Positions 21,819-35,403 of a stretch of DNA of 64,000 bases are shown here, piece after piece. The DNA is from Trypanosoma brucei. Lineage: Eukaryota. The stretch covers positions 3,520,001-3,584,000 of the forward strand of contig CM000208.1 in the NCBI GenBank assembly GCA_000002445.1, given 5' to 3'. Both the position numbers and the translations under genes were made by a program. Position 1 is the first letter of the stretch; the number at the start of each line of letters is the position of its first letter. The notes beneath the pieces were generated by a model. That model was not told where the DNA came from, ran no database searches, and saw only the letters and a list, made by a program, of their open reading frames with translations.

Positions 21819-22274
21819 CCTGATAATGCAAAAAGGTGTGCGATACTTCCTGAGAGAAAAATATATATAGCAGTAAGGAATTATAATTCTTTTTTTTTTA
21901 CAAACTTTAAGAAATGCAAGGGATGGTTGGGAACATTGCCTAATCGAAAGTGCGTGCTAAATATAACGATCGAAAATTGCTCCGTCATAAAAAAGTAATT
22001 AAAACAAAAATAACAAATTTACCGAATGCCCCACGATGGTAACAGCCACACTGTACACCACGCGCTGTGCCCCGTTATTTCCCAGTGAGTTTCTACAGAT
22101 TGCGCTCGTTGCCGCTCATGATAATCGTGACCTTCTTGGCCTTTGCCCTATTTTTTTTCTCTTAAAACAAACATATATCTCATCAAAGGCAGGTTCCCCC
22201 GCGCGCACTGCGTCCGTGATCCCGCACCCTACTGAAAACAGAAGATGACGGTACAACGTACCTCAATGAAATCA

Positions 22275-23198
22275 CTAATTCGATCTGCGCCACTCCACAT
22301 AAATGGGTTTCAGCGCATCCACGCCGGAAAGTACACCAGCGCCAGCGATACCGCGTAGGATGTTTGCACCAGCGCCTCGCATCAGGGACGCAGCTCCCTC
22401 CTGTTTAATCACCTGCAACATACAATCCATCGAGTTCTTGTACTTCACAGCAGCACCTGATGTCATCATCATGCGCCGGCGAACGGTGTCCAACGGGTAA
22501 GAAAGAAGCCCCGCCACAATAGTCACAGCCCATCCAAGGAAGAAGTTTACGATGAATGTGTCCACAGGAAGCATTGGCTGAAGGGTGTCGTAAAGACCAA
22601 AGTAGAAACCACGGTACACAACAATACCAATACAGGATACCACAAAGCCACGATACAACCCAGCGATGCCATCACTCTTCCATGTCTTGACATAGCAGTC
22701 CACAATACCGTTAAATTGGCGCTCCCCACCACCCTTCACAGACTTCGTGTCGTTAGCGAGACGGGTACGGACGTAGTCCAAGGAATACACAAAACAAAGA
22801 GATGCAGCACCAGCGAGACCACCAGATGCCATGTTACCCATAAACCACTTGCCATAGCCATCCTTCTCCTTTTTGTAATTGAACATCCTCTTAAATTTAT
22901 CCTTAAAGGCGAAATTCAGCGCCTGAGTTGGAAAGTAACGCAGAACATTTGACAGGTTACCTCGCCAAAGCGGATACACGCCCTCCGTGCTGATGGTGCG
23001 CCGAAAGCAGTCAACGACACCGTTGTATGGCTTGTCCAGTCGGCCTTGCTTCATCATCTCTCCCTGGTTCTGTACGAGCAGTTTTACTCTTTCGATTGGA
23101 GCAGCCGCCGTCTTGGATAAACCGGCAGCGACACCACCAATCATAAACTCCTCAAGGAACCCAAGTTTGGGGGCCGGTTCCCGCTTTTTATCCGTCAT
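22275..23198 (-). CDS. Mitochondrial ADP/ATP carrier, copy 2 of 3 (identical)
   Basis: Identical 307-aa translation. Unit offset is exactly 1380 nt. Confidence 0.9.
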   Translation of the reverse strand: MTDKKREPAPKLGFLEEFMIGGVAAGLSKTAAAPIERVKLLVQNQGEMMKQGRLDKPYNGVVDCFRRTISTEGVYPLWRGNLSNVLRYFPTQALNFAFKDKFKRMFNYKKEKDGYGKWFMGNMASGGLAGAASLCFVYSLDYVRTRLANDTKSVKGGGERQFNGIVDCYVKTWKSDGIAGLYRGFVVSCIGIVVYRGFYFGLYDTLQPMLPVDTFIVNFFLGWAVTIVAGLLSYPLDTVRRRMMMTSGAAVKYKNSMDCMLQVIKQEGAASLMRGAGANILRGIAGAGVLSGVDALKPIYVEWRRSN

Positions 23199-23654
23199 CC
23201 TGATAATGCAAAAAGGTGTGCGATACTTCCTGAGAGAAAAATATATATAGCAGTAAGGAATTATAATTCTTTTTTTTTTACAAACTTTAAGAAATGCAAG
23301 GGATGGTTGGGAACATTGCCTAATCGAAAGTGCGTGCTAAATATAACGATCGAAAATTGCTCCGTCATAAAAAAGTAATTAAAACAAAAATAACAAATTT
23401 ACCGAATGCCCCACGATGGTAACAGCCACACTGTACACCACGCGCTGTGCCCCGTTATTTCCCAGTGAGTTTCTACAGATTGCGCTCGTTGCCGCTCATG
23501 ATAATCGTGACCTTCTTGGCCTTTGCCCTATTTTTTTTCTCTTAAAACAAACATATATCTCATCAAAGGCAGGTTCCCCCGCGCGCACTGCGTCCGTGAT
23601 CCCGCACCCTACTGAAAACAGAAGATGACGGTACAACGTACCTCAATGAAATCA

Positions 23655-24578
23655 CTAATTCGATCTGCGCCACTCCACATAAATGGGTTTCAGCGCATCC
23701 ACGCCGGAAAGTACACCAGCGCCAGCGATACCGCGTAGGATGTTTGCACCAGCGCCTCGCATCAGGGACGCAGCTCCCTCCTGTTTAATCACCTGCAACA
23801 TACAATCCATCGAGTTCTTGTACTTCACAGCAGCACCTGATGTCATCATCATGCGCCGGCGAACGGTGTCCAACGGGTAAGAAAGAAGCCCCGCCACAAT
23901 AGTCACAGCCCATCCAAGGAAGAAGTTTACGATGAATGTGTCCACAGGAAGCATTGGCTGAAGGGTGTCGTAAAGACCAAAGTAGAAACCACGGTACACA
24001 ACAATACCAATACAGGATACCACAAAGCCACGATACAACCCAGCGATGCCATCACTCTTCCATGTCTTGACATAGCAGTCCACAATACCGTTAAATTGGC
24101 GCTCCCCACCACCCTTCACAGACTTCGTGTCGTTAGCGAGACGGGTACGGACGTAGTCCAAGGAATACACAAAACAAAGAGATGCAGCACCAGCGAGACC
24201 ACCAGATGCCATGTTACCCATAAACCACTTGCCATAGCCATCCTTCTCCTTTTTGTAATTGAACATCCTCTTAAATTTATCCTTAAAGGCGAAATTCAGC
24301 GCCTGAGTTGGAAAGTAACGCAGAACATTTGACAGGTTACCTCGCCAAAGCGGATACACGCCCTCCGTGCTGATGGTGCGCCGAAAGCAGTCAACGACAC
24401 CGTTGTATGGCTTGTCCAGTCGGCCTTGCTTCATCATCTCTCCCTGGTTCTGTACGAGCAGTTTTACTCTTTCGATTGGAGCAGCCGCCGTCTTGGATAA
24501 ACCGGCAGCGACACCACCAATCATAAACTCCTCAAGGAACCCAAGTTTGGGGGCCGGTTCCCGCTTTTTATCCGTCAT
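23655..24578 (-). CDS. Mitochondrial ADP/ATP carrier, copy 3 of 3 (identical)
   Basis: Identical 307-aa translation. Unit offset is exactly 1380 nt. Confidence 0.9.
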   Translation of the reverse strand: MTDKKREPAPKLGFLEEFMIGGVAAGLSKTAAAPIERVKLLVQNQGEMMKQGRLDKPYNGVVDCFRRTISTEGVYPLWRGNLSNVLRYFPTQALNFAFKDKFKRMFNYKKEKDGYGKWFMGNMASGGLAGAASLCFVYSLDYVRTRLANDTKSVKGGGERQFNGIVDCYVKTWKSDGIAGLYRGFVVSCIGIVVYRGFYFGLYDTLQPMLPVDTFIVNFFLGWAVTIVAGLLSYPLDTVRRRMMMTSGAAVKYKNSMDCMLQVIKQEGAASLMRGAGANILRGIAGAGVLSGVDALKPIYVEWRRSN

Positions 24579-26384
24579 CCTGATAATGCAAAAAGGTGTG
24601 CGATACTTCCTGAGAGAAAAATATATATAGCAGTAAGGAATTATTTAGCAAAAAATAATTTTTTGCGGTGAGGGTTAATAGTTTAGTAGTTATCGATGAT
24701 GTACTTACAAAAATTCTTTATTATGCTAACATATCTATCTTTCTTTTTGGTGAAAGAAATTTAAGCAGTTATAATTGACTCATGTTGATTCCATATACCC
24801 TTCTTGACGCTGAGTGTTTTTTTAATTTCGTTTATCACCTTTTGCATCTTTTTTTCTTGTAGCCACGGGACACCACCAAAATATTCCTGTTATTACCATC
24901 AAAAGCATTGAGGAAGGACGAGTAATCTACACTATATATGCAAATCTTGGCTCAATGTTGTCATTAGTCATACGGTCCATATGCACCAGACGCGGCTAGT
25001 CGGGCCGAAAAATGCGTGCAATTTTCTCAACCAATCTTTCTGCACGTAGACGCATGCCCTTAAATGTTCGTATATTTACGTATACATGTATATTTGGGGC
25101 ACTTGATATTCGATGCGTTACAAGGAATTCCTTGTTTCCTCTCCGTTTAAATGCCTACGAGAAATGAAAAGTAGATTGGGGGAAATACACACAGCTGCTT
25201 TGCCTAAGTTTTGCCTTGTTTTTCTATATAGTCTAAACAACAATACTTTAATTCATGCCTAAATATCCATTTTTATGTACCTCATTGCAAAAGATGAATC
25301 AATCTGAAGAAAAATAATGTAAATATGAAAGGGATGTGAGAAACCACGCTGACACAGGAAAGTAACAAACAATTTAAGAGGAAGGCACCAAGTGCATGAG
25401 ATAAAATGTTTAGATATAATTTTATATCAAGATGGAGCACACATGCGCAAATGGCAACTACCTCGGTTGGTCAACAAAAACTCTCTTACGGAGAGTGGGC
25501 GACAGAAGTCACTTCTGAGAACCTGAAAACGGGTGAAACAATGCGAAATTGCGCTCATATATACAGTTCCGTGCTCATATGCATACGTTTAATACGTTAT
25601 TCGTTTTTCGTCTCGCTTGTTTTCCAAATTACCGGCACCTACGATGTGTATGAAAGAGAAAGTCAAAAGAACTAAGAAAGAAAAATCCGAAGATGGTCAA
25701 GAGTACTTCGGAATTAAAATCATCGCATAGCGAAACTCAAGCACTTCGGGACCCCCATTTAACAAAGTTCGTGTAGTTGGCCAAGCGACTATCTCAATTC
25801 TGACTATGCCTTCCATACAAATCGCCTTTAATTTTCTTTTCACCTTTTAATATGAAAGTTACCATCAATCTTAGATATAGCAGCATCAGCAGCAAACGGC
25901 ACGTCCAATATATCAAATGACCGATTATTTCTGTTGCACTTAAAATAAAGAACGTCAGTGGTTGTTTCAATCGCAGCAGGACAGATACACGTTTTCTGAC
26001 ACTAGAGCGTCCAGTGAATTAACTACTTCCACCACGCGTGCTTCATTGATCACGATTAGTTAAGTGTGTGTGGGAAAACGGTAACCTTAGGGTTCATGTC
26101 TCCGGTAGCTGAACCTCAAATTTTTCACTTATCACCCACTACACAACTTCACATTTTAAACATAGCCGGTGCTCGCAGAACTATTTCCGTGATCTTCTTT
26201 TTACTATTCTTTCCCTATCACATTGATTCGTAGAATGCGTTTAAGTCACCCCAATGAATAAACTCAAACCTTTCAAGTGTCTTAGAAACCGGAGAGGTGA
26301 TCTCACACCCACGACTACATCCCACTACAGGTGGGGAAATCCTCCTTTTAGGTGCATCTACAACAATCTGAAGATCCAAACCTA

Positions 26385-26396
26385 CCCCCCCCCCCC
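26385..26396. repeat. C12 homopolymer (G12 on minus strand)
   Basis: Read directly. Confidence 0.8.
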
Positions 26397-28117
26397 AAGT
26401 AAAACCCTTATGTGACAAAAACAAGGTCCCTATACGCATCAGAAACTGCATAAACCAAACGATGTACCGCACAAGCTGAAAGTTCTAGCTTTGTACCGAT
26501 ATATCATCGTTACTGTTATAGCAATTAGATCCGTGAAAGAAGTTCAAACTGTATCGAGCGTCAAGAAGTAGCGTCCATAAATGGTAATTATAATAATATA
26601 CGGCCAGTTGTCACCGTGCGAAAACGCAACTCATATATTAGCACCGCTTCCAAGATGGAGATGGTCTGAACATGGGGAACGACCCTGACGGAAAGTATCG
26701 TGAGGTTCCAAAGCCCATCAGGGCTAAACCCCGCAGTCCATATACTCGACTCGGTCACGGGGGTGCATAACGAAATCAGCATCACCACCGTCCGCAACAA
26801 GAAACCCCTGCGGATACCTTTCACAGAGTAAATAAAATTCTCTAAACAAAATTACCTTAGGATGTTGTGTCACAAAAACAAACTAAACCCAGCATCCACT
26901 AGGCCTCTGCACCTTTTCCAGTAATATATCGGATGAATCGGAGCGCTGAGTCGAACGCGGTACTCTAGGTTAGGCATTTCATTTCCTCTCACGGTACCAA
27001 CGCCTCGCTTTTTTTTTATAATTCATTGCTTTGTGGCATGCGAGGCGTAAAGCTCAGCCGCCGCTCTCTTAGAAGCGGTCCTGCCTTCATTAAGACATTT
27101 GGTGTGTCAGCGACATTATCCGTGCTTCTTTCATTGTGAAATCTAACCGTAGTCATAGTAGCAGGCAAATGTCTTCCTCCATTGCCAACAGGACCTCCAT
27201 ATTTATTTTTTATTTAAAAGCCTTTAGTCTGTAAAGTTACGCTGAACTCCTGACAAACAGCAGCACAATGAGTATGATCTAACAATCCACTGGACAGAAC
27301 AGTGGCAGCACGCTCCACATGTCACTCATCGAACAATGACCGAATTTTCCATATTTCTATCTCCTCTAAATTCACATCACCGAGCTCATGTTTTTCTCAA
27401 GCATTACTCAACATGGAAACAAATCCGCTCCACACATCATTTTTTTCTGTTAACGGCGGCAAACAAGCGACAATGATTATTACCCGAAGTCGGTAGTAAA
27501 AGAGTGTCCATGGCCCTAACGCATAGCTTTTCATGCGACCATCCAGCCTTCCGTACCATAACTGATACCCTTCAGACACTCCAACGGCGATCGAGCACAA
27601 AACTATCCTTGTTCATGCTCCGACACGCATCCGCTGGCAATAACAACCAAATATCTTATTGATAAAACCAGAATTTCCATGAAAAAAGAGATAATCCATA
27701 GAGGAAAGTTGGTTCACCCACTGGCATCGCACTTTCAGATTTTGGTAGGTTGACGCAGTATTACTTCAAACAATCACCAATTCCCTGGACGATACATGCG
27801 TCATTACATTTTATTTTCGAAGTTCCCACATTGGTATAAAGCCACAGTTTTCATTGACCCACCGAACCGAGAAAGAAAATCATTTCGGTACCGCCTTAAC
27901 GATGAACGTTTTTCTCTTTTTTTTTTTTAGCAATGCCCGAAGAAACCTCACTCTTCTATACAGCATTGTTAGCTCCATAGCGGTCGATGAGACTGTGAAC
28001 GCAACGTTTCCCGTAAAGATATCGGCACACGTCCATTTAAAATAATATCAAGTCAGCAGCTGCTGCTGACACTTAAACTCCCGATTCCTTACAAAAAAAG
28101 AGAGGGAAAAGAGAAGT

Positions 28118-28234
<117 letters not shown>

Positions 28235-31200
28235 CCTCGAAAGTGATCACCAAATCGCCAACCCTAATTCCCCATATCCTGCCGGTCCCACGGCGCATCC
28301 GTTGGTTATGCCTCCCTACACACCTGACAAAAAGCAACCACATACCCCTCGAACTTCCTATCTTTGTAGTTTCATGAAGGTTTCCGACCTATCGCCACAG
28401 TTGTTTTACCCCGACCCCAACGAATTATCAACATTGCTGGTGGATCACCATTTTGAAGACTACCCATTCTCGCCGTGAAAGCAGTCCTAATTGTGGATAA
28501 AGCAAGAGAGGGCGCACACCCTGAACCCGCCGGTGACGTGCCTCGTCATGGCTAGCCCTCCCATACCAACGCAGAAACCACAACAGGGGCAGCCGACGCA
28601 TCGGCGCCCACTGAGGAGCGATGCGGCCGCACTGCCTGCTGCTCGTATTGGTCCTCATGAGATAATAAGAGCCACCCCTCCCCGCGCCCCAAAATCAGTC
28701 AGTACACGTGCCTTCGCATTGTTCAATGCAACGCCGCTAATTTAGGTGACGTGACCGCTGGTCCAACGCCCCTGTACAGTTATTCCCCCTCGGCAGTGCT
28801 TATCGCACCCTCGCGGGAGCTTCCCCACGCCGCCGCCGGCGAATGCATCCGGCAGCCCGGCTGTCAGTTGTAGCACGTACCAGAACGCGTTTTCAGTTTC
28901 GTTGCGGCACCATTTCTCCGCAGCACGTAGTGGAAGAAGTGGAAACTCCTCACGCCAGATCCCCTCCATGGCTACCCACGACCATTCCCTACATTGTCAG
29001 CATTTCTAGAGGTATTTTCCGCCTCCTAACCTGGCACTGCTTCTCCCCCATCGTCTTGTTTTCAGGTGATCGCATGCAACCACCCACCGGTTCATCCACT
29101 AGCGTTCTGTTGCAGCCCCTGGGGCGCCGTCGGGTTACCCAGCTCCGCACGGACGCGAAAAGAAACATGATGAAGGGGAGTGGGCGCGGCTCCTCGTCCT
29201 TTTGACGAGAGTACGCGCACTTGGCGGTACCATAACACTACTGGAAGACAATATGCAAACTGCCTCCAATCCCCTATATACCCGTATGATCCCCCCTTCA
29301 ACAACACACTGTCCACGAAAATATTTCAACTACTGGTAACTCAATGGGTGTGGTAACGTTTCATTGAAATCGCCGCACCGGCTTCATGATTCCGACAGCC
29401 TCCAGGAACTTATGCACCTCCTCTCCATGGAGTAAAAGGTCTGATTTAATTGCGCGATGTGAAACGTATGTTGGAAACAATAGTGTTGATGTGAATCTGT
29501 CTGGTGTCCGTGGTTCATCCGTGTGTCGGCCTCCTGCCCCTCAGCTCAAATCTCTCCCCTAAACACGCACTGTGATATGCTCCGTGGCGCCTCAGTGGAT
29601 TGACTATGTGCGTAAACGTTTATTGGCATATTATGTGTCACATATTACTTTCCATCAGTCCTTTAATCTTGACTTAGCATTAACGCTTGCTCATTCGGAG
29701 GAGCCGTATCGTTACAACGGTTCTGCCCCCACATTGTACAGTATCATGGTTTAACTTCCGTCTTGAGGTGAGTGAAAAGCACGTACCGAAGCTGGGCACA
29801 AAGATGCTGTATTAAATTTGTTTCTTCTACTTAACACTTTCTTTAGGGGAAACAATTCTATAAATAATCTCTGCTTTTGTTTGACACTCATTATAACACA
29901 ACGTCGCGAAGTTTCTGCCAGTTCCTACGCCGTGCATGGTGTGCATGATTCCTGGCAGTCAACACTGTGCACCCAATCCTATGACGTGGATGCTGCACTC
30001 CTGTGTTGCAGGCCGCTACGTTCATAGCGGGCGCCATCCTCGTTTATGCTCTATGATACGCCTGCGATGTTATAGCTCAGTTTTTGTGCAGCGGCGAGTG
30101 ACCAGCGGCCACTTTCCCACACATCCCGACTCTCCACGTCGATGCAGATTCTATCGCTATGTCGGCAACCTGAAGTCTATTTCCCCCTTTTCTGCATCTC
30201 GCGTGTCACCATTCCACGTACGTATTGAAACGTTACTTGGAGTACCTTTTGTGCTCCACCAATCTCCGCTCATTCTCCGCCAATGAGAAAGGTGAACGGG
30301 AGCTGCCTAGGGTGTTCCAGTAGCCTGATCACCGCCTTTGTTAGGTTAGATGAAACCAAGTGCTCCCGAAGCCGCAATACAACAATGTACAGACTTCGTG
30401 GTGTGTGAACAATGATGCTTTCTTTCTCTTGTCGCACCACCGGCGCCATGTTACACACAAAGAAACCGTGCTGGACGTTGGAGGTTCCATTTCCGCAGAC
30501 ATGTTAAAAAAGGGAAGGAACTTCATTTTAATTATTAACAAAGGGGTGCCGAGTGCCGTAACTTTTCCATGCCCTATGCTGAACTATCCATTTTTTGAGA
30601 GTGGCTCGTCTAAGCGAGCTGCTGCTCCTCGTTCTGTTGGGAAGGAGGCTGCGGAGAGGGTGGGCGCGTTGCCTCCATGAACTTTACGTATTTATTGCAC
30701 TGTCCTCTGCTTTGGTCCACTTTGTGAAATGCGTCTGAGGCACTCACCAACTCGTCGGTCGTCATATGTTCTCGCAGCGTTTTCTCTGCCATATCCTTCG
30801 GGGAGGCATTGCAGTGAGAGTGCCATGTGGGACGCGGGTCGGAGAAGTGGTTGATGTTGCGGAAGCCTTCGAAGTTATAGCGCAAATGCTCCTCTTCTCC
30901 TTTCGTGCGGCATGATTCTCACACTGAGGCTTCCACTAAGCAGGCTGCAACTCGTCTGCTGACTTTTTGGCTTATTCTTTTCCCATATTTCAGTGTTGAA
31001 GTGTCTCTCTTGCCGCCGTCGGGAATCGAGCACAGTCATATGAAGGCGCTTGCTTCGGCAGCCAAAGGTGGTTCCGTTCAGTATTTGTTTGTGGGGACAT
31101 TTGTCTTCCTTACCTTTTCGGCCACCTCTTTTCCCATGGAGTAAGGCCTCTGGTACTGTTCTGCCCGATAATCTTTGCCCCGTTCGTTCCATCATGAATA

Positions 31201-33180
31201 ATAGTTACAAAAGTGTGTGTCTGTACGGCAGCGGATATTTCTCCAGTCCCCAATCGCTTCGGTTGCTTTTACTCTTTTGAAGCACGGTTCGGAAAGCGGT
31301 AGCTCAGTGCACTTCCATGGAAATAGCGATCACAGACAGGATATCAGTTGTTTGTCTGAGCTGACGTGGGCATGAAACAGTATCATGTGCTGTCTTTTGT
31401 CGGCAGTGACCAAATGTGTCAAGGCGAGCCTCGGGGAATCGTTTTGCTGTTCCTGTTGTGGCTCCTACTTTCCGTGGGGAGGGTAAGCGGAAGCGAGCGT
31501 GTCAGTTCAAGGAATTGAAGAAGGTGCACTGTTACGCGGACAAATTCGCGTCCGGGAATACTCCAACTAACAACCACACACGCACACTGCTCTTCCACCT
31601 GAGGCTGTTACGCCAGTTCCCTTTCAAGTGGCGTTGAGCTGATCAACCTCTGCTGCAGACGAGAAATTGCTCTGAAACAAGGGGCAGGAGACGATCCTTT
31701 CCCTAACCGCCTGTCTCAAAGAGCGATTTGCCTTTCCGGAGGACCTAACCTCATTTCGCTCACTCTTTGGGAGATGAGTCGGGAGTCTGCCTTGGCACCA
31801 CCACTGCAAAGTAGTTTTGACGGGTCTTGCGTCGTCGATGGGTCCGCCTTCGCGTATCTGGAGTCCCTCCGAGGATTCCGCATGTCCGAGTGCAGGTCTG
31901 TGGCGCGCCCCAGGGCGAGTTCATGTGGTGGCGCTGCCGCTGAAGCCTAGTGTTGCTGCGGGTGGTTTGCAGGTGCTCAGTTTTCTTTTCCGGAGGGAGG
32001 CATCTGGTCGTGGTGCCTTTGCGATTTAATGTTACGGCCGGGCTGTACAGTGTCCTCCCCGTAGACCGTAAGGACATCAAGCGAATCTTTTTTTATGTTG
32101 TTGCCGGTGCGCGGAGCTTTTGCCTCCGTTCTGGTTATGTTGCTTATAGTTCTTGGCCGTGAGGTGGCGGCTTTCTTCGCTTGCGTCGTCGGCGTCTCAA
32201 TCGGCGCCGAGTGCTATTCGCGTTTCTGAGGATAGAAGATTGCCCTCATTGTCTCTTGAGCCGCTTCCGTGAGAGGCGCGGCTGCCGGCTATGGAGAAGT
32301 GTAGAGACTGGCTGTGCCCGCCGCGATGAGTGAGAATTGGCAGCTAATCTGTAGCTGCTCTGTACGGTCCTGGCGCTATTTGAGGTATGGGTCCGTTGAA
32401 ATTGAAGCACGTAGGCTTTCGGCCTTAAAATGTGTTACCCGCTTTTGTGGGAGGTGTTGCCGTGGGGCGAAGAGCGGCTTGCTTTCGGGGAGGGCTGCTT
32501 CAGATAGCTATCTCTAACTCCTTTGAATTTTCCAATGGTCGTTTTCGTCGGTCACTGTCATCGCACGGTCGGCTACGCATCTTCCTTTTCATTTGTCGGA
32601 TCTCGCTGCCACAGATCTTTTGCGCGGTCCCCTCTTGTGGTTTTAAAGACAGCGATTGCTTGTCGCACTAGTTGCCATTATTGTTGTTTTGGATGAATCG
32701 TACCGCACCCTCGTCCAGTCCTTTAGCACGCCTCGCTGCAGGTTCTTTCACTGCTCTTCGCCCACCTTTTACGCTGAGGTGTTGGTGGTGCGAGGACAGG
32801 TTGGTAATTTGACTCCTAGGGCGTTTTTGTCCGTTTTCAGTGCTCTTCTGCTGCTACTTCTCATGGCGTATATGCGGTTGCTGTCGCTTCTTGTCCCTGC
32901 TATTCCTGCGTTTCCGACTGCCTTTCGCTGACTGTGCGTGTGCGTAGCATTCCGTATCCTCTGAGACTATTTTAGGGATGTAGGAACTGAACCTTCATGC
33001 AGCAGAAGGCCGTACCCCTTCCACAGTGTGCTTCACGGAGCTTCTTCATGTGACTCTATATCTTGCACTTCTTCTGGTGAGCTGCGGTTTCAGAAAGGTG
33101 CTCGTGCGGCCCCTCCCCTTTCACTTCGTGATATCGTGTTCGATGCTTGGTCTTTTCTTTTTGATTGCTAACCGCATATG

Positions 33181-33245
33181 TTTTTGTTTCCTCCCTTATC
33201 ATACCCCTCGGTGACTCGATATTGTGGGGATTTTGTTTTGTCTTA
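33181..33245 (+). promoter_or_regulatory. Polypyrimidine tract and downstream AG (candidate trans-splice acceptor) for the first gene of the plus-strand unit
   Basis: tttttgtttcctcccttatcatacccctc ... cttag, 17-80 nt upstream of the ATG at 33262. Confidence 0.4.
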
Positions 33246-33261
33246 GGAAAATACGAAGAAT

Positions 33262-35403
33262 ATGCTTCGTCGAGCATGCCTTGCTGGTAGGGTGAGCGCC
33301 ATCGCTACCCCTGGGTTTGCTACTTGTAAAATACTTTCAAGTGTTTCCTCCAGTGGGAACGACAAGAAAAACACTAAGGCTGGACTGCTGTCTGGAAGTG
33401 GAAGTGAAGGACATCATACTGGTCCTATTCCTGGCGCCACTGGGAAGGATAATCGACAGGGGATATATTCTACAAGGGGTTCACCTTCCTATTTTGAGAA
33501 ACGCTATCCCCGAAAAGAAGGCGAGTTGGTGAGTAAGCAGGTTGTGGATCCAAATGAGCCAAGAGATCGCTCTGATAATTTGAAGGCTCCTGAGTTTGAT
33601 ACTTCGTTAGGCAAGTTTGAGCAAGCACCATACTTTACTGGAGGACCTGGTGCCATGAGGTACAATAACTATGTGCGGGAACCGGTGGATAAAGAAGGTG
33701 TAGATTATCGTGATGTTGTTCCACTTCCGCCATTTGAGGACCATCACCCAGATTTCTCGTACGCATCAGCGACAGGAAAGCGCGAGGGGGACATTACCCT
33801 TTTAGCAAACACTGTCGTAAACTGGGAGATAAAGGCCGCTATGATGTCTCTCTATCGCTCTTGCCTTAAGGGGCTTCCAATGGTTAAACACTACTACTGG
33901 TTGCTTACGCCACTGCCAGAGATGAAATCGAAGATACGAGAGCGTTTCCTTCAAAATCAGCACACGAAAGATCCTGATGCTATTAGACATTTGTTACATA
34001 ATGGATGGATGGAATACCAGGAGGTTATTTTGTTTAGGCGAACACGGGCATCGGTTGCCAAATTTTTTGAATGGGAAAGCCAAGACGAACTTGTGCGTGG
34101 CTACACACGGGAGGAGGGGAAGATGCAAGAGGAACGCGCCTTCTGGAACGGAGAGGAACAACGAAGGGAGGGCCCATATGATGGACATTGGTCTTGGCTC
34201 GGAAAGGAGAGCGAAAAGGAGTTCGCTAAGATTGCAGGTAGGATTCCCATTTCGTGGTCGACGTCGAAAGGCTACTTTGAAAAAGGACAAGCTGATGGCA
34301 CCAATTATTGGGAGAAAAACCTGGATTACGAAGGTTGGTATATTAAAAATGTGGACCCTGATCGCCAGAACGCAAGGCGTGAAATGCAGGGTTGGATTGA
34401 AAGCGGGTATAACCAACCGAAACATTATGCTAGCAAAAACAGACGTGGGTATCGTAGACTTGTTAAGGACATTGAAACTATGATGGAAACTTCGATGGAG
34501 GATTTATATACAAAGAACAGAGAACAGCTGTTCCAATACCTTATTAGGGAAACACATCCGGAATCAAATCGTATTAACGCGGAACGTGTTCTTGCGAGAC
34601 AAGACGATGACTTTTACTCTACGAGGTTTGATGAGTACGAGAAATACCTGAAGCAGGCAATGCGTGAGATGCCCAACCCGCGCTTATGGAAGACTGATGC
34701 TTTTTACTTTCGATTACGGTACCTGCTTGCTCCCCTCGAATACAACTGGGCAAAGGTTCCTATTGGTATATCGCAGGAGAAGTTGTACAACGAATGGATT
34801 TCTGACAACGCCAACTACGCAATTTTAAACAGTGCAACGTTTTCAAATATAAAGAACAATAAACTAAAAAATCCAATGGCCAGAACCTGGGCCGATTTTT
34901 ACAACGACTACGATCCAGATGTCCCGGAGACGCGGAGACTTCCTTGGTATCATCCCGATTTTGACTATGATCGCCGGCACAAATGGGATGAAAGGTGCAT
35001 GCGAATGAAGCGGTGGGTTCAGGGGGGAACTATTGACGGCAAGCTGCCATACTTCGACAGTATCATAGCCGAGTGGGAACAATATGTCAATCGTCCTGAG
35101 CGATTTCGAGCCTCGGATAGTGCTGAGCGTCGGTATGCCGCCCCAAGAATGGTTCAGCTCTATCGGTCGTTGAACCGGTTAATGGATGTTGCCTTAGTAA
35201 ATCAAATGAGGGCTGTTGTGGAGAGTAGTCTCTTAAATACTCAAGTGGAGCTATCACGTGCCTCTGTTACGGACATCCAAAGGATGTTAATATCCGTGGA
35301 TTTCACGGACTTTCGATTCGTGGTTCCAACTATCATATACCCAGATGGGGTCCAGCAGCCGGTGGTAGGATTAGACGGAAATGTGGTTGTCTCGCAGATT
35401 TAG
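33262..35403 (+). CDS. Hypothetical protein, W/Y-rich, with N-terminal mitochondrial-presequence-like segment and an LYR-like motif
   Basis: 713-aa ORF with ATG start. MLRRACLAGRVSAIATPGFATC is basic/hydroxylated and lacks acidic residues. MSLYRSCLKGL...F resembles the LYR-F motif. No other recognisable domain. Confidence 0.45.
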   Translation: MLRRACLAGRVSAIATPGFATCKILSSVSSSGNDKKNTKAGLLSGSGSEGHHTGPIPGATGKDNRQGIYSTRGSPSYFEKRYPRKEGELVSKQVVDPNEPRDRSDNLKAPEFDTSLGKFEQAPYFTGGPGAMRYNNYVREPVDKEGVDYRDVVPLPPFEDHHPDFSYASATGKREGDITLLANTVVNWEIKAAMMSLYRSCLKGLPMVKHYYWLLTPLPEMKSKIRERFLQNQHTKDPDAIRHLLHNGWMEYQEVILFRRTRASVAKFFEWESQDELVRGYTREEGKMQEERAFWNGEEQRREGPYDGHWSWLGKESEKEFAKIAGRIPISWSTSKGYFEKGQADGTNYWEKNLDYEGWYIKNVDPDRQNARREMQGWIESGYNQPKHYASKNRRGYRRLVKDIETMMETSMEDLYTKNREQLFQYLIRETHPESNRINAERVLARQDDDFYSTRFDEYEKYLKQAMREMPNPRLWKTDAFYFRLRYLLAPLEYNWAKVPIGISQEKLYNEWISDNANYAILNSATFSNIKNNKLKNPMARTWADFYNDYDPDVPETRRLPWYHPDFDYDRRHKWDERCMRMKRWVQGGTIDGKLPYFDSIIAEWEQYVNRPERFRASDSAERRYAAPRMVQLYRSLNRLMDVALVNQMRAVVESSLLNTQVELSRASVTDIQRMLISVDFTDFRFVVPTIIYPDGVQQPVVGLDGNVVVSQI

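Larger units (their letters stand above)
20721..24644. repeat. Tandem array of 2.84 units of a 1380-bp repeat (ADP/ATP carrier gene plus 456-bp spacer), apparently 100% identical between units
   Basis: The same sequence recurs at 20721, 22101 and 23481. The third unit is truncated at about 24644, where it diverges into AT-rich unique sequence. Confidence 0.9.

Noticed and set aside
24645-26200. AT-rich, unique sequence immediately after the carrier array; considered a retroelement (ingi/RIME/SLACS) remnant
   Set aside because: There are no recognisable reverse-transcriptase or endonuclease reading frames, no terminal repeats or target-site duplications, and no poly-A tail signature. It is more likely simple strand-switch promoter-proximal sequence.
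31290-31330. tRNA-like D-arm string gcggtagctcagtg in the strand-switch region
   Set aside because: Flanking sequence does not form acceptor, anticodon or T arms, and no GTTCGANTC box B follows within the right distance. Other candidate T-loop strings (26950, 41198) also fail to pair. I therefore call no tRNA in the window. A tRNAscan-SE run would settle it.
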